Shown here in pieces: positions 8,874 to 18,347 of a stretch of DNA of 64,000 nt. Under the pieces are notes generated by a model. It searched no databases. It worked only from the letters and a program-made list of their open reading frames with translations, and was not told where the DNA came from. This stretch comes from Candidatus Omnitrophota bacterium (GTDB lineage: Bacteria; Omnitrophota; Gorgyraeia; Gygaellales; Profunditerraquicolaceae): positions 12,275-76,274 of the forward strand of contig JAHIKK010000112.1 of the NCBI GenBank assembly GCA_018897555.1, given 5' to 3'. Within the stretch, counting starts at the first letter, position 1. Each line of letters starts with the position of its first letter. The position numbers and the translations under genes are program-made.

Positions 8874-11050
8874 GTTTTCTCCACCTCCTTACCACTAGTC
8901 AGCTCTTTGAGCCAAGAATCCCGGTCAACTAAAATCCTACGCGGTTTACTTCCTTCAAACTGGCCCACTAAACCTTCCATCTCCATCATATCAATAATCC
9001 GCGCAGCACGCGTATATCCTAAACGCATACGCCTCTGCAATATAGAAACCGAGGCCTGGTTACTTTCCATGATTACCCGCACCGCTTCATCATAAAGTTC
9101 ATCTTTATCGCCGTTGGCTAAACTATTTTTCTGCTGCTCCTTAAGAATCTGGTCATCATAAACCGGCTCACTTTGAGCCTTAATAAATTCTACCACCCGC
9201 TCAATCTCGGCATCTTTAACCAAAGCCCCCTGAATACGGATTAAATCTTCTTTCCCGGGTTGCAAAAATAACATATCCCCCTTGCCTAATAAAGCCTCTG
9301 CGCCATTGCTATCGAGCACTGTCCGTGAATCGACTTTAGAAGCTACTTTAAAAGATACACGTGCCGGTAAATTTGCTTTGATTACACCAGTAATTACATC
9401 CACGCTTGGCCGCTGTGTAGCCAAAATCAAATGTATGCCTACTGCCCGCGATAGCTGCGCCAGGCGCGTAATCGCATTCTCAATCTGATCACGGGCCACA
9501 CTCATTAAATCCGCAAACTCATCAACAATAACGATAATATAAGGAATCTTCTCCTGCTTTTCATTATAAGCCTCAATATTTCTAACTCCGGCTTTAGATA
9601 AAAGCACGTAACGAGACTCCATCTCGGAAACCACCCAATTAAGCGCAACTGCTGCCTTCTTGGCGTCTGTAACTACCGGGCATAAAAGATGCGGCAGGCC
9701 GTTAAAAGGCATCAACTCCACCATCTTGGGGTCAATCATTAAAAATTTTAAATTATTCGGAGAGCCCCGGAAAAGTAATGACAAAATACAGGTATTCACG
9801 CAGACAGTTTTGCCGCTTCCGGTAGTTCCGGCAATTAATAGATGCGGCATATCATCCAAATCGCCAAATACGCTCCGGCCGGTGATATCCTTACCTAAAG
9901 CTATAGTCAAAGGTGATTTCTGCTTAGAATATTCCGCAGAAGTAAGTAAATCCCGGATACAAACTAAAGTGCTCTGCAGATTAGGTACCTCCACTCCTAC
10001 CCTGCCCTTACCCGGGATAGGAGCAATAATCCTGATCGACTGGGCTTTGATGGCCAAGGCAATATCATCACTTAAGGCCTCAATACGATTGATCTTTACT
10101 CCGGCAGCCGGTTCCAATTCATAACGCGTAATTACCGGGCCGCGGATAATATCCGTAACTTTTGCCGAAATACCGAAATCCTCTAAAGTATCTTCTAATG
10201 TCCTGGCGCAAGCCTCCAAGTCTTCTTTCATTTGCCTGGTATCCGCCGGAGGCGGCGCGTCTAATAAATCCACAGAAGGCAAATGATAATCACCGATTTT
10301 TAGCTCGCTAGGTTTTAACTTTATGGGTTCTGCCTGCGCCTTATCCTTAATCTGAATTTTCAATTTAGGCGAGACGCCTAAAGGCATAAATATTTTAGGT
10401 TTAGAATTAACAGGCTGAGGATCTTGCTTCTTAGAAAACAGGCTGCCTTTGTTAATAAGATTAGTTTTAACTTTAGCCGCCTTTTGTTTATTAGAAAAAA
10501 ACGGCAGCCAAGCAAAAAAAGATTTCAATTTCCCGATGAACTTAGAAAAAAGCGAGGAAATAAGCTCCTCATTAAAAAAAGCCCAGCCCAGAATTAAAAA
10601 AAGAGTAAAAATGATAAAAGCGCCTAAAGGAGCGACAGTTTTTGTTAAGTTCGAAGAGATAAGGGCACCAAAGAATCCGGAAGTTTGGAACCGCAACGGA
10701 TCATTATTTAAATTAAACATACCGATCAACGAGCTTAGGGAAACAAGTATGGCAAACACCCCAATGACCCGCGCAATGCTTATGTAAGGTTTATCCTTAT
10801 GGAAATATTTTATACCCAGCCTGATTGCTAAGAGGGGAATGATGAAACTAGAAATATTGCCAAAAAGCAATATGAGGATGCCGCCTAAATATGCGCCGAA
10901 AACTCCCAGGAGATTTTTCGTGGGGAAATTAGGGTGGGAAGTAAAAAAAACAAGGTCCAGGCGGTCAAAGCGAATAAGGCTGGCTAAAATCATCAGCCCC
11001 ACTGCTACGAGAATAACGCCTTTAACCTCATTAATTCTTCTTTCTCTCAC
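8870..11050 (-). CDS. ftsK: DNA translocase FtsK/SpoIIIE
   Basis: N-terminal TM segments, Walker A GTTGSGKT, FtsK motor domain and C-terminal gamma (winged helix) domain. Confidence 0.9.
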   Translation of the reverse strand: MRERRINEVKGVILVAVGLMILASLIRFDRLDLVFFTSHPNFPTKNLLGVFGAYLGGILILLFGNISSFIIPLLAIRLGIKYFHKDKPYISIARVIGVFAILVSLSSLIGMFNLNNDPLRFQTSGFFGALISSNLTKTVAPLGAFIIFTLFLILGWAFFNEELISSLFSKFIGKLKSFFAWLPFFSNKQKAAKVKTNLINKGSLFSKKQDPQPVNSKPKIFMPLGVSPKLKIQIKDKAQAEPIKLKPSELKIGDYHLPSVDLLDAPPPADTRQMKEDLEACARTLEDTLEDFGISAKVTDIIRGPVITRYELEPAAGVKINRIEALSDDIALAIKAQSIRIIAPIPGKGRVGVEVPNLQSTLVCIRDLLTSAEYSKQKSPLTIALGKDITGRSVFGDLDDMPHLLIAGTTGSGKTVCVNTCILSLLFRGSPNNLKFLMIDPKMVELMPFNGLPHLLCPVVTDAKKAAVALNWVVSEMESRYVLLSKAGVRNIEAYNEKQEKIPYIIVIVDEFADLMSVARDQIENAITRLAQLSRAVGIHLILATQRPSVDVITGVIKANLPARVSFKVASKVDSRTVLDSNGAEALLGKGDMLFLQPGKEDLIRIQGALVKDAEIERVVEFIKAQSEPVYDDQILKEQQKNSLANGDKDELYDEAVRVIMESNQASVSILQRRMRLGYTRAARIIDMMEMEGLVGQFEGSKPRRILVDRDSWLKELTSGKEVEKT

Positions 11051-11062
11051 TTCAAAATTTAA

Positions 11063-13150
11063 CTACTTTACCGCGGTATCTTCAGCCTGTTTTTTGCTTA
11101 AATTAATCCTGCCCAACTCATCTACGCCGATGACCTTAACTTTAAATTCATCGCCGACTTTGACCACGTCATCGATCTTCTTTATAAAATCTTTGGACAA
11201 TTCCGAAACATGCACCAATCCTTCTTTACGCGGAGCGATCTCCACAAAAGCGCCAAACTGCATAATCCTCTTCACCTTACCAAAATAAATTCTACCCACC
11301 TCTACTTCATCGGTAATCGCCCTGATCATTTTAATCGCCGCATCGGATTTAGCCGCATCCACTGAACCCACTAAAACCGTGCCGTCATCTTTAATATCAA
11401 TACTGGCGCCGGTAGCGGCAATAATGGCCTTAATCGTCTTTCCTCCCGGCCCAATAAGTTCTCCGATTTTTTCAGTATTAATTTTTAAAACATCGATACG
11501 CGGAGCAAAACTGGAAAGTTCTTCCCGGGGGCTATTTAATGCCGCGCTCATTTTGTCTAAGATAAATAATCTTCCTTCTTTAGACTGCAGCAAACATTCT
11601 TTAAGCAGTTCCAGTGAAATCCCGGCATTCTTAAGGTCTAACTGCACCGCAGTAATTCCGTTGCGGGTTCCGGCAACCTTAAAATCCATATCCCCGAAAT
11701 GATCCTCTAATCCGGCGATATCCGTTAAAATTGCCGTCTTATTAGCCTCCTTAACCAATCCCAAAGCCACGCCCCCTACTGCTTCTTTAATCGGTACTCC
11801 GGCATCCATCAAGGATAAGGTAGCCGCGCAAACCGAAGCCATACTGCTGGAACCATTGGATTCTAAAATTTCAGAAACTACTCTTACGGTATACGGGAAT
11901 TTCTCTTTTGACGGCATTACCGCCAGCAAAGCCTTTTCCGCTAAAGCGCCATGGCCAATTTCACGCCTGCCGGGTGAGCGCGCCGGCTTAGTTTCACCGA
12001 CACTAAAAGAAGGAAAATTATAATGCAGCATAAAAGACTTCTTTCTCTCTCCATCCAAAGACTCAATCAACTGTTCATCTTGCCCCGTACCTAATGTCGT
12101 CACGGCTAAACTTTGAGTTTGTCCGCGCGTAAAAAGACTGGAGCCATGGGTACGCGGGAGCACAGAAACCTCACAGCTGATCTCCCGAATCTGCTTAAAA
12201 GAACGCCCGTCGATACGCGTCCCCTCATCCGCAATCATTTTACGCACCTGTCTTTTCTCCACTTCATGCAGGCCAGTATGAATATCCGTCCCCGCAAAGC
12301 CTTCCGCCGTTAATTGATTTTCCAGCTCTTTAGTCAACAAGGCTACCTGCTCTTCACGCTCTTCCTTTTTACTTAATTTATAAACCTTGGCTAATTTCTC
12401 CTGAGAGAGCGCTTCAATCTTCTGCATTAAAGCCGGGTCAATTAATTTGAGGTCAACCTTAGCTTTTGCCTGGCCATAAAGCCGGGCAAATTCTTCCTGC
12501 AAAGCAAGAATAGGCTTTAAGCTATCCATCCCGAATTTCACTGCTTGGAAATACTCTTCTTCGGAGACCTCATTAGCTCTGGACTCCAACATTACTACGC
12601 CATTACTATTGCCGGCAACTACTACTTCTAAATCCGCGCTCGCCATCTCCACATAAGTGGGATTTAATACCAATTCATTATTTATCCTGGCTACTCTACA
12701 GCTAGCCAGAGGGCCATGAAAAGGAATATCGGAAATAGACAAAGCCGCGCTTGCGCCGATCAATGCCAGGACATTCGGATCATTCTCCCCGTCACTTGAA
12801 AGCACCATGGCCATCACCTGAACTTCATTTAAAAATCCTTCAGGGAATAACGGACGAATGGGCCGGTCAATAAGACGGCTCCCTAAAATTTCATTTTCTG
12901 AAGGCCTGCCCTCACGTTTAAAAAATCCTCCGGGAATCCTACCGGCGGCATAGGTTTTTTCCTGATATTCAACCGTCAGAGGAAAAAAATCCTGCCCTTC
13001 CCTGATTGAGCTAGACATGCAAGCGGTAACTAAAATAACGGTTGCCCCATAGGTAATCGTCACTGAACCATTAGCTTGCTTAGCCAATCTACCCGTCTCT
13101 AAAATAAGGTCATTTTTACCAAATTTAATTTTTAAACTTTTATTTTGCAT
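11063..13150 (-). CDS. pnp: Polyribonucleotide nucleotidyltransferase (PNPase)
   Basis: Two RNase PH domains, KH and S1 domains; 695 aa; downstream of rpsO. Confidence 0.95.
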   Translation of the reverse strand: MQNKSLKIKFGKNDLILETGRLAKQANGSVTITYGATVILVTACMSSSIREGQDFFPLTVEYQEKTYAAGRIPGGFFKREGRPSENEILGSRLIDRPIRPLFPEGFLNEVQVMAMVLSSDGENDPNVLALIGASAALSISDIPFHGPLASCRVARINNELVLNPTYVEMASADLEVVVAGNSNGVVMLESRANEVSEEEYFQAVKFGMDSLKPILALQEEFARLYGQAKAKVDLKLIDPALMQKIEALSQEKLAKVYKLSKKEEREEQVALLTKELENQLTAEGFAGTDIHTGLHEVEKRQVRKMIADEGTRIDGRSFKQIREISCEVSVLPRTHGSSLFTRGQTQSLAVTTLGTGQDEQLIESLDGERKKSFMLHYNFPSFSVGETKPARSPGRREIGHGALAEKALLAVMPSKEKFPYTVRVVSEILESNGSSSMASVCAATLSLMDAGVPIKEAVGGVALGLVKEANKTAILTDIAGLEDHFGDMDFKVAGTRNGITAVQLDLKNAGISLELLKECLLQSKEGRLFILDKMSAALNSPREELSSFAPRIDVLKINTEKIGELIGPGGKTIKAIIAATGASIDIKDDGTVLVGSVDAAKSDAAIKMIRAITDEVEVGRIYFGKVKRIMQFGAFVEIAPRKEGLVHVSELSKDFIKKIDDVVKVGDEFKVKVIGVDELGRINLSKKQAEDTAVK

Positions 13151-13188
13151 GATTGCTCTTTCTTTTTATGGATTGACTCTTCTTGGGT

Positions 13189-13458
13189 TTACTTTCTCAA
13201 GCTAAGCTTTCCCAGTATCTCTTCGTACTTCTTCATATCCTTATCCTTGAGATACTTGAGGAGTCTACGGCGCCTGCTCACTAATAGCAGTAATCCGTGG
13301 CGAGAATGGAGATCCTTCTTATGCGTTTTAAAGTGCAGACCTAAATCATTGATTCTCTCGGTTAAAATCGCTATTTGCACCACGGCGCTTCCAGTATCTC
13401 TGGCATGCACCTTAAAATCATCAATTAATTTTGCCTTTTGTTCCTTTACCAAAACCAA
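13189..13458 (-). CDS. rpsO: 30S ribosomal protein S15
   Basis: 89 aa, ...[25 protein letters not shown]... S15 signature. Confidence 0.95.
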   Translation of the reverse strand: MVLVKEQKAKLIDDFKVHARDTGSAVVQIAILTERINDLGLHFKTHKKDLHSRHGLLLLVSRRRRLLKYLKDKDMKKYEEILGKLSLRK

Positions 13459-13534
13459 TTTTCTACCTCCCTTTCTTAAAGATTATACGTTAATTATTCC
13501 CACAAGTCAACAGGTTAATCAACGCTAAATTAAT

Positions 13535-13660
13535 TTATTTCTTTCCTAACAGTGCGATTACTTTGTCCAGCTTCTGAATCACCAAAACGCTGAAACAAAC
13601 AAACCAAACCGTTAAAGCCAATGAAATTAAACCACCGATAAAACTTACGCTTGTTGCCAT
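13535..13660 (-). CDS. Hypothetical 41-aa single-pass membrane peptide
   Basis: MATSVSFIGGLISLALTVWFVCFSVLVIQKLDKVIALLGKK, preceded by GGGAGA RBS 8 nt upstream; not in the ORF track (below length cutoff). Confidence 0.3.
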   Translation of the reverse strand: MATSVSFIGGLISLALTVWFVCFSVLVIQKLDKVIALLGKK

Positions 13661-13675
13661 ATTATTAATCTCCCT

Positions 13676-13700
13676 GCCTGCCAGCCGGCAGGCTTTTTTA
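13676..13700 (+). terminator. Terminator-like hairpin (gcctgccagccggcaggc + T6) on the plus strand, opposing local gene direction
   Basis: Perfect 7-bp GC stem followed by tttttt on the + strand; no + strand gene upstream. Confidence 0.35.
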
Positions 13701-13769
13701 TATTTAAGTATTCTAGCATAAGAAAATATTTATGCAACTTCAATTTAAGGATAAATATATCCAGCGGCC

Positions 13770-15419
13770 TTACGCCTTACGAGGTTTATTTTTAGCTGTT
13801 TCAATCTCAATCAGTACTTTAATGATCTTCCGGTCAAAATGCCACCCCGCCTCCTGGCGCAGAATTTTAAACGCTCCTTGCTTAGAATATGCCTTGCGGT
13901 AGGGCCGGTCAGAAATAAGCGCCTGATAGGCATCGGCGATGGCGATGATGCGGGCACATAAGGGGATTTCTTCATCACACAAGCCTAAAGGATATCCCAG
14001 GCCGTCAAGCCTCTCGTGATGATGCATAACTATGGGTACAACCTCCTTTAAAAAATGCACAGTGCGGATAATCTCTGCCCCGATCTTAGGATGCGCCTGA
14101 ATTATCTTGTATTCTTCGGGAGTAAGTTTACCTTTTTTCTGCAGTATAGCGTCACTTATTCCGATTTTGCCGATGTCATGTAAAACCGCGGCCTTTTCCA
14201 GATTATTCAGGGCGTTTTCATCTAATCCTAATTTTTTACCGATAGACAAAGCAATCACGATCATGCTCTCGGCATGCTCGGCGGTATAAGAGTCCCTGGC
14301 CTCTAAAGACTTAGAAAAAGCGTACATCGATTCCAGAACTACCTGATCCACTCTTTTGCCTAACTTGGTTAATTTTCTTTTTAAGTTTTTTGCCTCTTCC
14401 TTATAATCCGTCCTGCCATTCTTATGCCGGATATCTTTATGCACATGGCTATAGACCACTGCCCTGTTTCCGCCGGCTTCTTTAGCCTGCTGCAGAGCTT
14501 TATCCACAGCATCAAGCAGGCTTTTAGCGGTAATCAATCTATCCTGCCAGCCCAGCAAAAGCTCAGCTACGCCGATACTGATCTTAATCTTGATAGAATG
14601 ATTTTCTATCTTAAAAATATTTGTTCCTACTTTATTAATGATCCTCTCTGCCACATACAAGGCATCACGCCTCTGCGTTTGCGGCATGATGACGACAAAT
14701 TCTTCGCCGCCGTACCGGGTTAAGATGTCACTTTTCCTTAAAAGGCCTTTGGTAAGATTAACAAACTCCAATAACAACGCATCCCCTACCTGATGGCCGT
14801 AAACATCATTGATGGATTTAAAATAATCTATGTCTATAATCAAAATAGCCAGCGGCAAAGCATGCCTTCTGGAAAGTTCAATTTCAACAGGCAGGCGCTC
14901 CATAAGATAACGGTAATTATACGCCCAAGTATGCGGGTCACGCAAGGTAAGCTCGCGCAATTTCTCAAAATGCCTTCTGTTTTCTTCTTCCTGGCGCCTT
15001 GGTTCCGTAATATCGCGTGATAAATGCACCACTGCCTCAACCTCGCCTTTACTGCTTAATATAGGTTGAGCAATAACTTCGACGTTATACTCCTTTTTAT
15101 CCTTATCATAATGAATATGCTCGGCCTTAACCACTTTCTTAGTCTTTAGGGCTTCCAGCATCGGGCAGCGATCATGCGGCGCAAGACAGCGCGTGGCCCT
15201 CTTATGGGTAATTTCATAACACTTTTTTCCTTTGATTTGGCTTAAAGAAAACCCCTCTTTTTCCAGGCATTCTTTATTTGCCGTAAGAATGGAATAATCC
15301 TTAGGGTTAATAACCATTAAAATATCCGGGATGTTATTAATGATCTTTTCAAAAAGAGGTTTGTCTATCGCTGATTTCTTCATCCTATTTTTAGCTTTGC
15401 TAATCTTTTTCATCTTCAT
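13770..15419 (-). CDS. PAS-GGDEF-HD-GYP protein (diguanylate cyclase fused to c-di-GMP phosphodiesterase)
   Basis: N-terminal PAS-like region, RYGGEEF GGDEF motif, C-terminal HD (HAE...HDIGK) and HHERLDGLGYP (HD-GYP) motifs. Confidence 0.8.
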   Translation of the reverse strand: MKMKKISKAKNRMKKSAIDKPLFEKIINNIPDILMVINPKDYSILTANKECLEKEGFSLSQIKGKKCYEITHKRATRCLAPHDRCPMLEALKTKKVVKAEHIHYDKDKKEYNVEVIAQPILSSKGEVEAVVHLSRDITEPRRQEEENRRHFEKLRELTLRDPHTWAYNYRYLMERLPVEIELSRRHALPLAILIIDIDYFKSINDVYGHQVGDALLLEFVNLTKGLLRKSDILTRYGGEEFVVIMPQTQRRDALYVAERIINKVGTNIFKIENHSIKIKISIGVAELLLGWQDRLITAKSLLDAVDKALQQAKEAGGNRAVVYSHVHKDIRHKNGRTDYKEEAKNLKRKLTKLGKRVDQVVLESMYAFSKSLEARDSYTAEHAESMIVIALSIGKKLGLDENALNNLEKAAVLHDIGKIGISDAILQKKGKLTPEEYKIIQAHPKIGAEIIRTVHFLKEVVPIVMHHHERLDGLGYPLGLCDEEIPLCARIIAIADAYQALISDRPYRKAYSKQGAFKILRQEAGWHFDRKIIKVLIEIETAKNKPRKA

Positions 15420-15813
15420 TAATTTTTCTACGCACCAACTTTTTTTGCGCGTGGCGCCGTTTATCCTCTAAGATCTTTATTTTAATACTTTTCGGCTTTT
15501 GGCGGTTCCGGCGCATAACCTTAGCCTTAAACGACTGCCTCTGCAAATTATCCTGTTGAATTTTATGCACAATTTTACTCAAAAGTATATGCCTGGCTAA
15601 AGAACGATTCAATAGCTGCGAACGCTGGCGCTGGCATTTTACCTCCAGGCCCGTAGGCAAATGTTTTAAATAAACACAGGTGGAGGTCTTATTAACATTC
15701 TGCCCGCCGGGGCCGCTGGAGCGGATAAAGCTTTCCACAATATCCTCTTCACGTACTCCCAAAAGAGCCATCCTTTTTTCTAGTGTCAGGTGGTTCTCGG
15801 CGATAACCGGCAT
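15400..15813 (-). CDS. arfB: Alternative ribosome-rescue factor ArfB (peptidyl-tRNA hydrolase, RF-1 domain)
   Basis: SSGPGGQNVNKT GGQ motif, ~137 aa with basic C-terminal tail. Confidence 0.75.
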   Translation of the reverse strand: MPVIAENHLTLEKRMALLGVREEDIVESFIRSSGPGGQNVNKTSTCVYLKHLPTGLEVKCQRQRSQLLNRSLARHILLSKIVHKIQQDNLQRQSFKAKVMRRNRQKPKSIKIKILEDKRRHAQKKLVRRKINEDEKD

Positions 15814-15820
15814 TTCTAAA

Positions 15821-16477
15821 TTACTCCTTAATCTCTTGATTGATATTTTTAATGAGATTATCCAGATCTTTAATCAACGGCACAGGAAGCAGTTTTAATA
15901 CCGTAACCTCCTGCTTAAGCAAGCGTAACTGGCCAAGCAGCCTCTTTAAAACCGCATTTCTTTTCTTCTCCTGAGCAGCTTCCGGATCCAGCTCCTGCCG
16001 CTGACGAATAATCACTCCTAAATTTTTTTTAAGCTCAACAGCGTCCCGGCCTTTTTCAAATATCTCTTTCTTTAAATTGTGATAATCATCTTCATCCAGC
16101 CCCTTATTATTTTTAGCCTGGCGTAAAATATCAACCGACTCATAACTAGGGATATGGGCAGGCTGGGCGGAGGAGGCATATTCATTTTTTAAATACTGCG
16201 GCTCCTCTTTCTCCAGGAAATAATATGACTTAAGCAGTTTCATCGCCGTTTGCTTGCGAATGCCGATCTCCCGGCTGACATAAATATCAAAACTCATATA
16301 CCCCCACTCCTTATACATCTTATCTTTCCAGACTGAATACAAAGAACGGCCCAATTCAATCCAAGAGCATTTAAAATTTTTAGCGCTCTCTAAAATATGA
16401 TAACGTAAAGAATTGCTGTCTAAATTCTCCATTTTTGCTTGGATATTCTTAAGTGATTTTGATTTAATCTCTTCCAT
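15821..16477 (-). CDS. Hypothetical protein (possible HTH near N-terminus, coiled-coil C-terminus)
   Basis: 218 aa ORF, no recognised family. Confidence 0.4.
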   Translation of the reverse strand: MEEIKSKSLKNIQAKMENLDSNSLRYHILESAKNFKCSWIELGRSLYSVWKDKMYKEWGYMSFDIYVSREIGIRKQTAMKLLKSYYFLEKEEPQYLKNEYASSAQPAHIPSYESVDILRQAKNNKGLDEDDYHNLKKEIFEKGRDAVELKKNLGVIIRQRQELDPEAAQEKKRNAVLKRLLGQLRLLKQEVTVLKLLPVPLIKDLDNLIKNINQEIKE

Positions 16478-16482
16478 CTGGT

Positions 16483-17547
16483 TTATTGGCCAAAGATAGC
16501 TTTTAGCTCCTTGCCTAATCCTTTATATTGATCAATAACATTAGCTACCTTATCCATTAACTGCTGCGGCGACTGATGAGACAAATTCTTCATCGCCGCC
16601 TTTAAGATTATACTTTTGATCTTTTCCTGGCTTAAAGCCGGGTTATCCAGCAAAGTATCAATCTTAAACTCTAAACGTAAATTACCTTTGGGATCAGTAA
16701 ATAGATCCAAAGCGTTTTTCATCAAATCCAGCTCCAACTGCTGCTCTTGCGCTTGCGCCTGATAAACCAAATCAGAAAGATTAAACCTGGTAACAATCTC
16801 TAAAGCATTATGCTGAGCCTTAAAGAACGAGCTTAAATCCAACCTGGCTGAGGAAAGCTTGCGATTGGAAATAAAATTACCGTAATAAGCAGAAAACTTA
16901 GTCACGTCCAGATCCTTAACCTCTAATTCTGCGTCCAGGTCTTTGGCCAGATAATCCAACCAGCCGCTAAATGTAATCTTGCCGAAGGACTCGGCCTGAT
17001 GGCTAAGCAATTGGGCACTTACGCTAAAATTTGTCGCTAGAGACGTAATCGGCAAAGCAACTTTAGCCACTTTTATATTCAGCTTATTTACAACCATCTG
17101 AAAACCTCCGGGAGTTACTTTCTTATCCGTAAAAATTATTTTACCATCACGCAGATTAAGGCTGGTAAAATAAATTTCCGGGGCTTTACCTTTTTGCTCA
17201 AGAGTTGGCAGGTTGAACTTACCGCCTGCTGACCGCTCCAGGTTAATCACCGGCTCGACAATATTTAGGCTGTGAATAACTATTTTCCCAAATAACAAAG
17301 CCACCAGGTTAGGCGACAGCGATATTTTCTTAATACTCGCTAAATCTCCGATCTCTAATTTTTCCAGAGTAATCGTAAAAGGCAGGCTTAAACTTATTTT
17401 ACTCAGGCTGGCCTTAAGTTTTAAATTCTGCTCTATCTGCTCCTGGATGATCCTGGGAGCATACGTTCCTAACAGAATATTAGCCGCCACAAAAAAAACA
17501 AAAATAATCCCCAAGAACAAGAATAAAATTTTATACCTTTTTTTCAT
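16483..17547 (-). CDS. Membrane-anchored hypothetical protein (AsmA-like/DUF748-like)
   Basis: N-terminal TM helix MKKRYKILFLFLGIIFVFFVAANILLG then beta-rich periplasmic region. Confidence 0.35.
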   Translation of the reverse strand: MKKRYKILFLFLGIIFVFFVAANILLGTYAPRIIQEQIEQNLKLKASLSKISLSLPFTITLEKLEIGDLASIKKISLSPNLVALLFGKIVIHSLNIVEPVINLERSAGGKFNLPTLEQKGKAPEIYFTSLNLRDGKIIFTDKKVTPGGFQMVVNKLNIKVAKVALPITSLATNFSVSAQLLSHQAESFGKITFSGWLDYLAKDLDAELEVKDLDVTKFSAYYGNFISNRKLSSARLDLSSFFKAQHNALEIVTRFNLSDLVYQAQAQEQQLELDLMKNALDLFTDPKGNLRLEFKIDTLLDNPALSQEKIKSIILKAAMKNLSHQSPQQLMDKVANVIDQYKGLGKELKAIFGQ

Positions 17548-17550
17548 CGA

Positions 17551-18279
17551 TTACTCCAATTGCAGCGCCTTTTGAATCCTAGAACGGATAGTATCCCTGA
17601 GTAAGGCAAAATCACCTTGTCCATAACCATTGGTTGCAACCGGCTCAAGTACAATAACTTTTGCCGCAACAACTTTAGTTTTAAAAATCCAACCCCCCTT
17701 AGGGATGGCCGCGTGCGTACCCTTTAAACAGATCGGCAGGATGGGCCTCTTCTCCTTGATCGCCAGCTTAAATGCCCCGTTTTGAAACTCACCCATTTCA
17801 TCGCTGCTGCTGCGGGTGCCTTCAGGAAAAAATAACACCGACATATCTTTTTGCAGCCAGCGGCTGGCCTCCTGATAAATCTTTTTGATGCTGGAAAAAT
17901 CACCCCGGGTAAGCTTAATATGTTTAATTAAACTCAAGCACCAACCGATAAAAGGAACCTTAAACAAACTGGCCTTCGCTACCCATTTAAACTGCATCCT
18001 GGTCTGATAAAGCGCTACAATATCCGCCAGGCTCTGATGATTGGCAATGACCACGTAGGCCTGTTTATGGTCAATATGTTCCAGGCCGCTGATTTTTACC
18101 TTCCAAAAGGGATTTAAGCCGATCACCGCATCCGACCACCAGAAACACTGCGCATGCGTAATCTTCTTTTTCTTATCAAACGGAAAAAGCAGGATATTTA
18201 AGGCAAAAACTACCAAAAAAAGCAGAATTGTCAATAACCCGCTGCCCACCCAAATAAATACAGAAATAATCGCTTTCAT
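17551..18279 (-). CDS. plsC: 1-acyl-sn-glycerol-3-phosphate acyltransferase
   Basis: NHQSLADI (HX4D) and FPEGTRS motifs; start trimmed to MKAIISVF so it no longer overlaps the helicase gene by 128 nt. Confidence 0.7.
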   Translation of the reverse strand: MKAIISVFIWVGSGLLTILLFLVVFALNILLFPFDKKKKITHAQCFWWSDAVIGLNPFWKVKISGLEHIDHKQAYVVIANHQSLADIVALYQTRMQFKWVAKASLFKVPFIGWCLSLIKHIKLTRGDFSSIKKIYQEASRWLQKDMSVLFFPEGTRSSSDEMGEFQNGAFKLAIKEKRPILPICLKGTHAAIPKGGWIFKTKVVAAKVIVLEPVATNGYGQGDFALLRDTIRSRIQKALQLE

Positions 18280-18324
18280 ACTCTTTAAGTGACTATAGCC
18301 CAAATACCGAGGGTTGTCAACTTC

Positions 18325-18347
18325 AAATAAAGGGGACGGTTTATTTT
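18325..18347 (-). repeat. Member of the dispersed 'aaaatagaaacggtccc' repeat family (single copy, variant aaataaaggggacggtttatttt)
   Basis: Nearly identical to the left arm at 55261-55284; overlaps the stop codon of the helicase gene. Confidence 0.5.
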
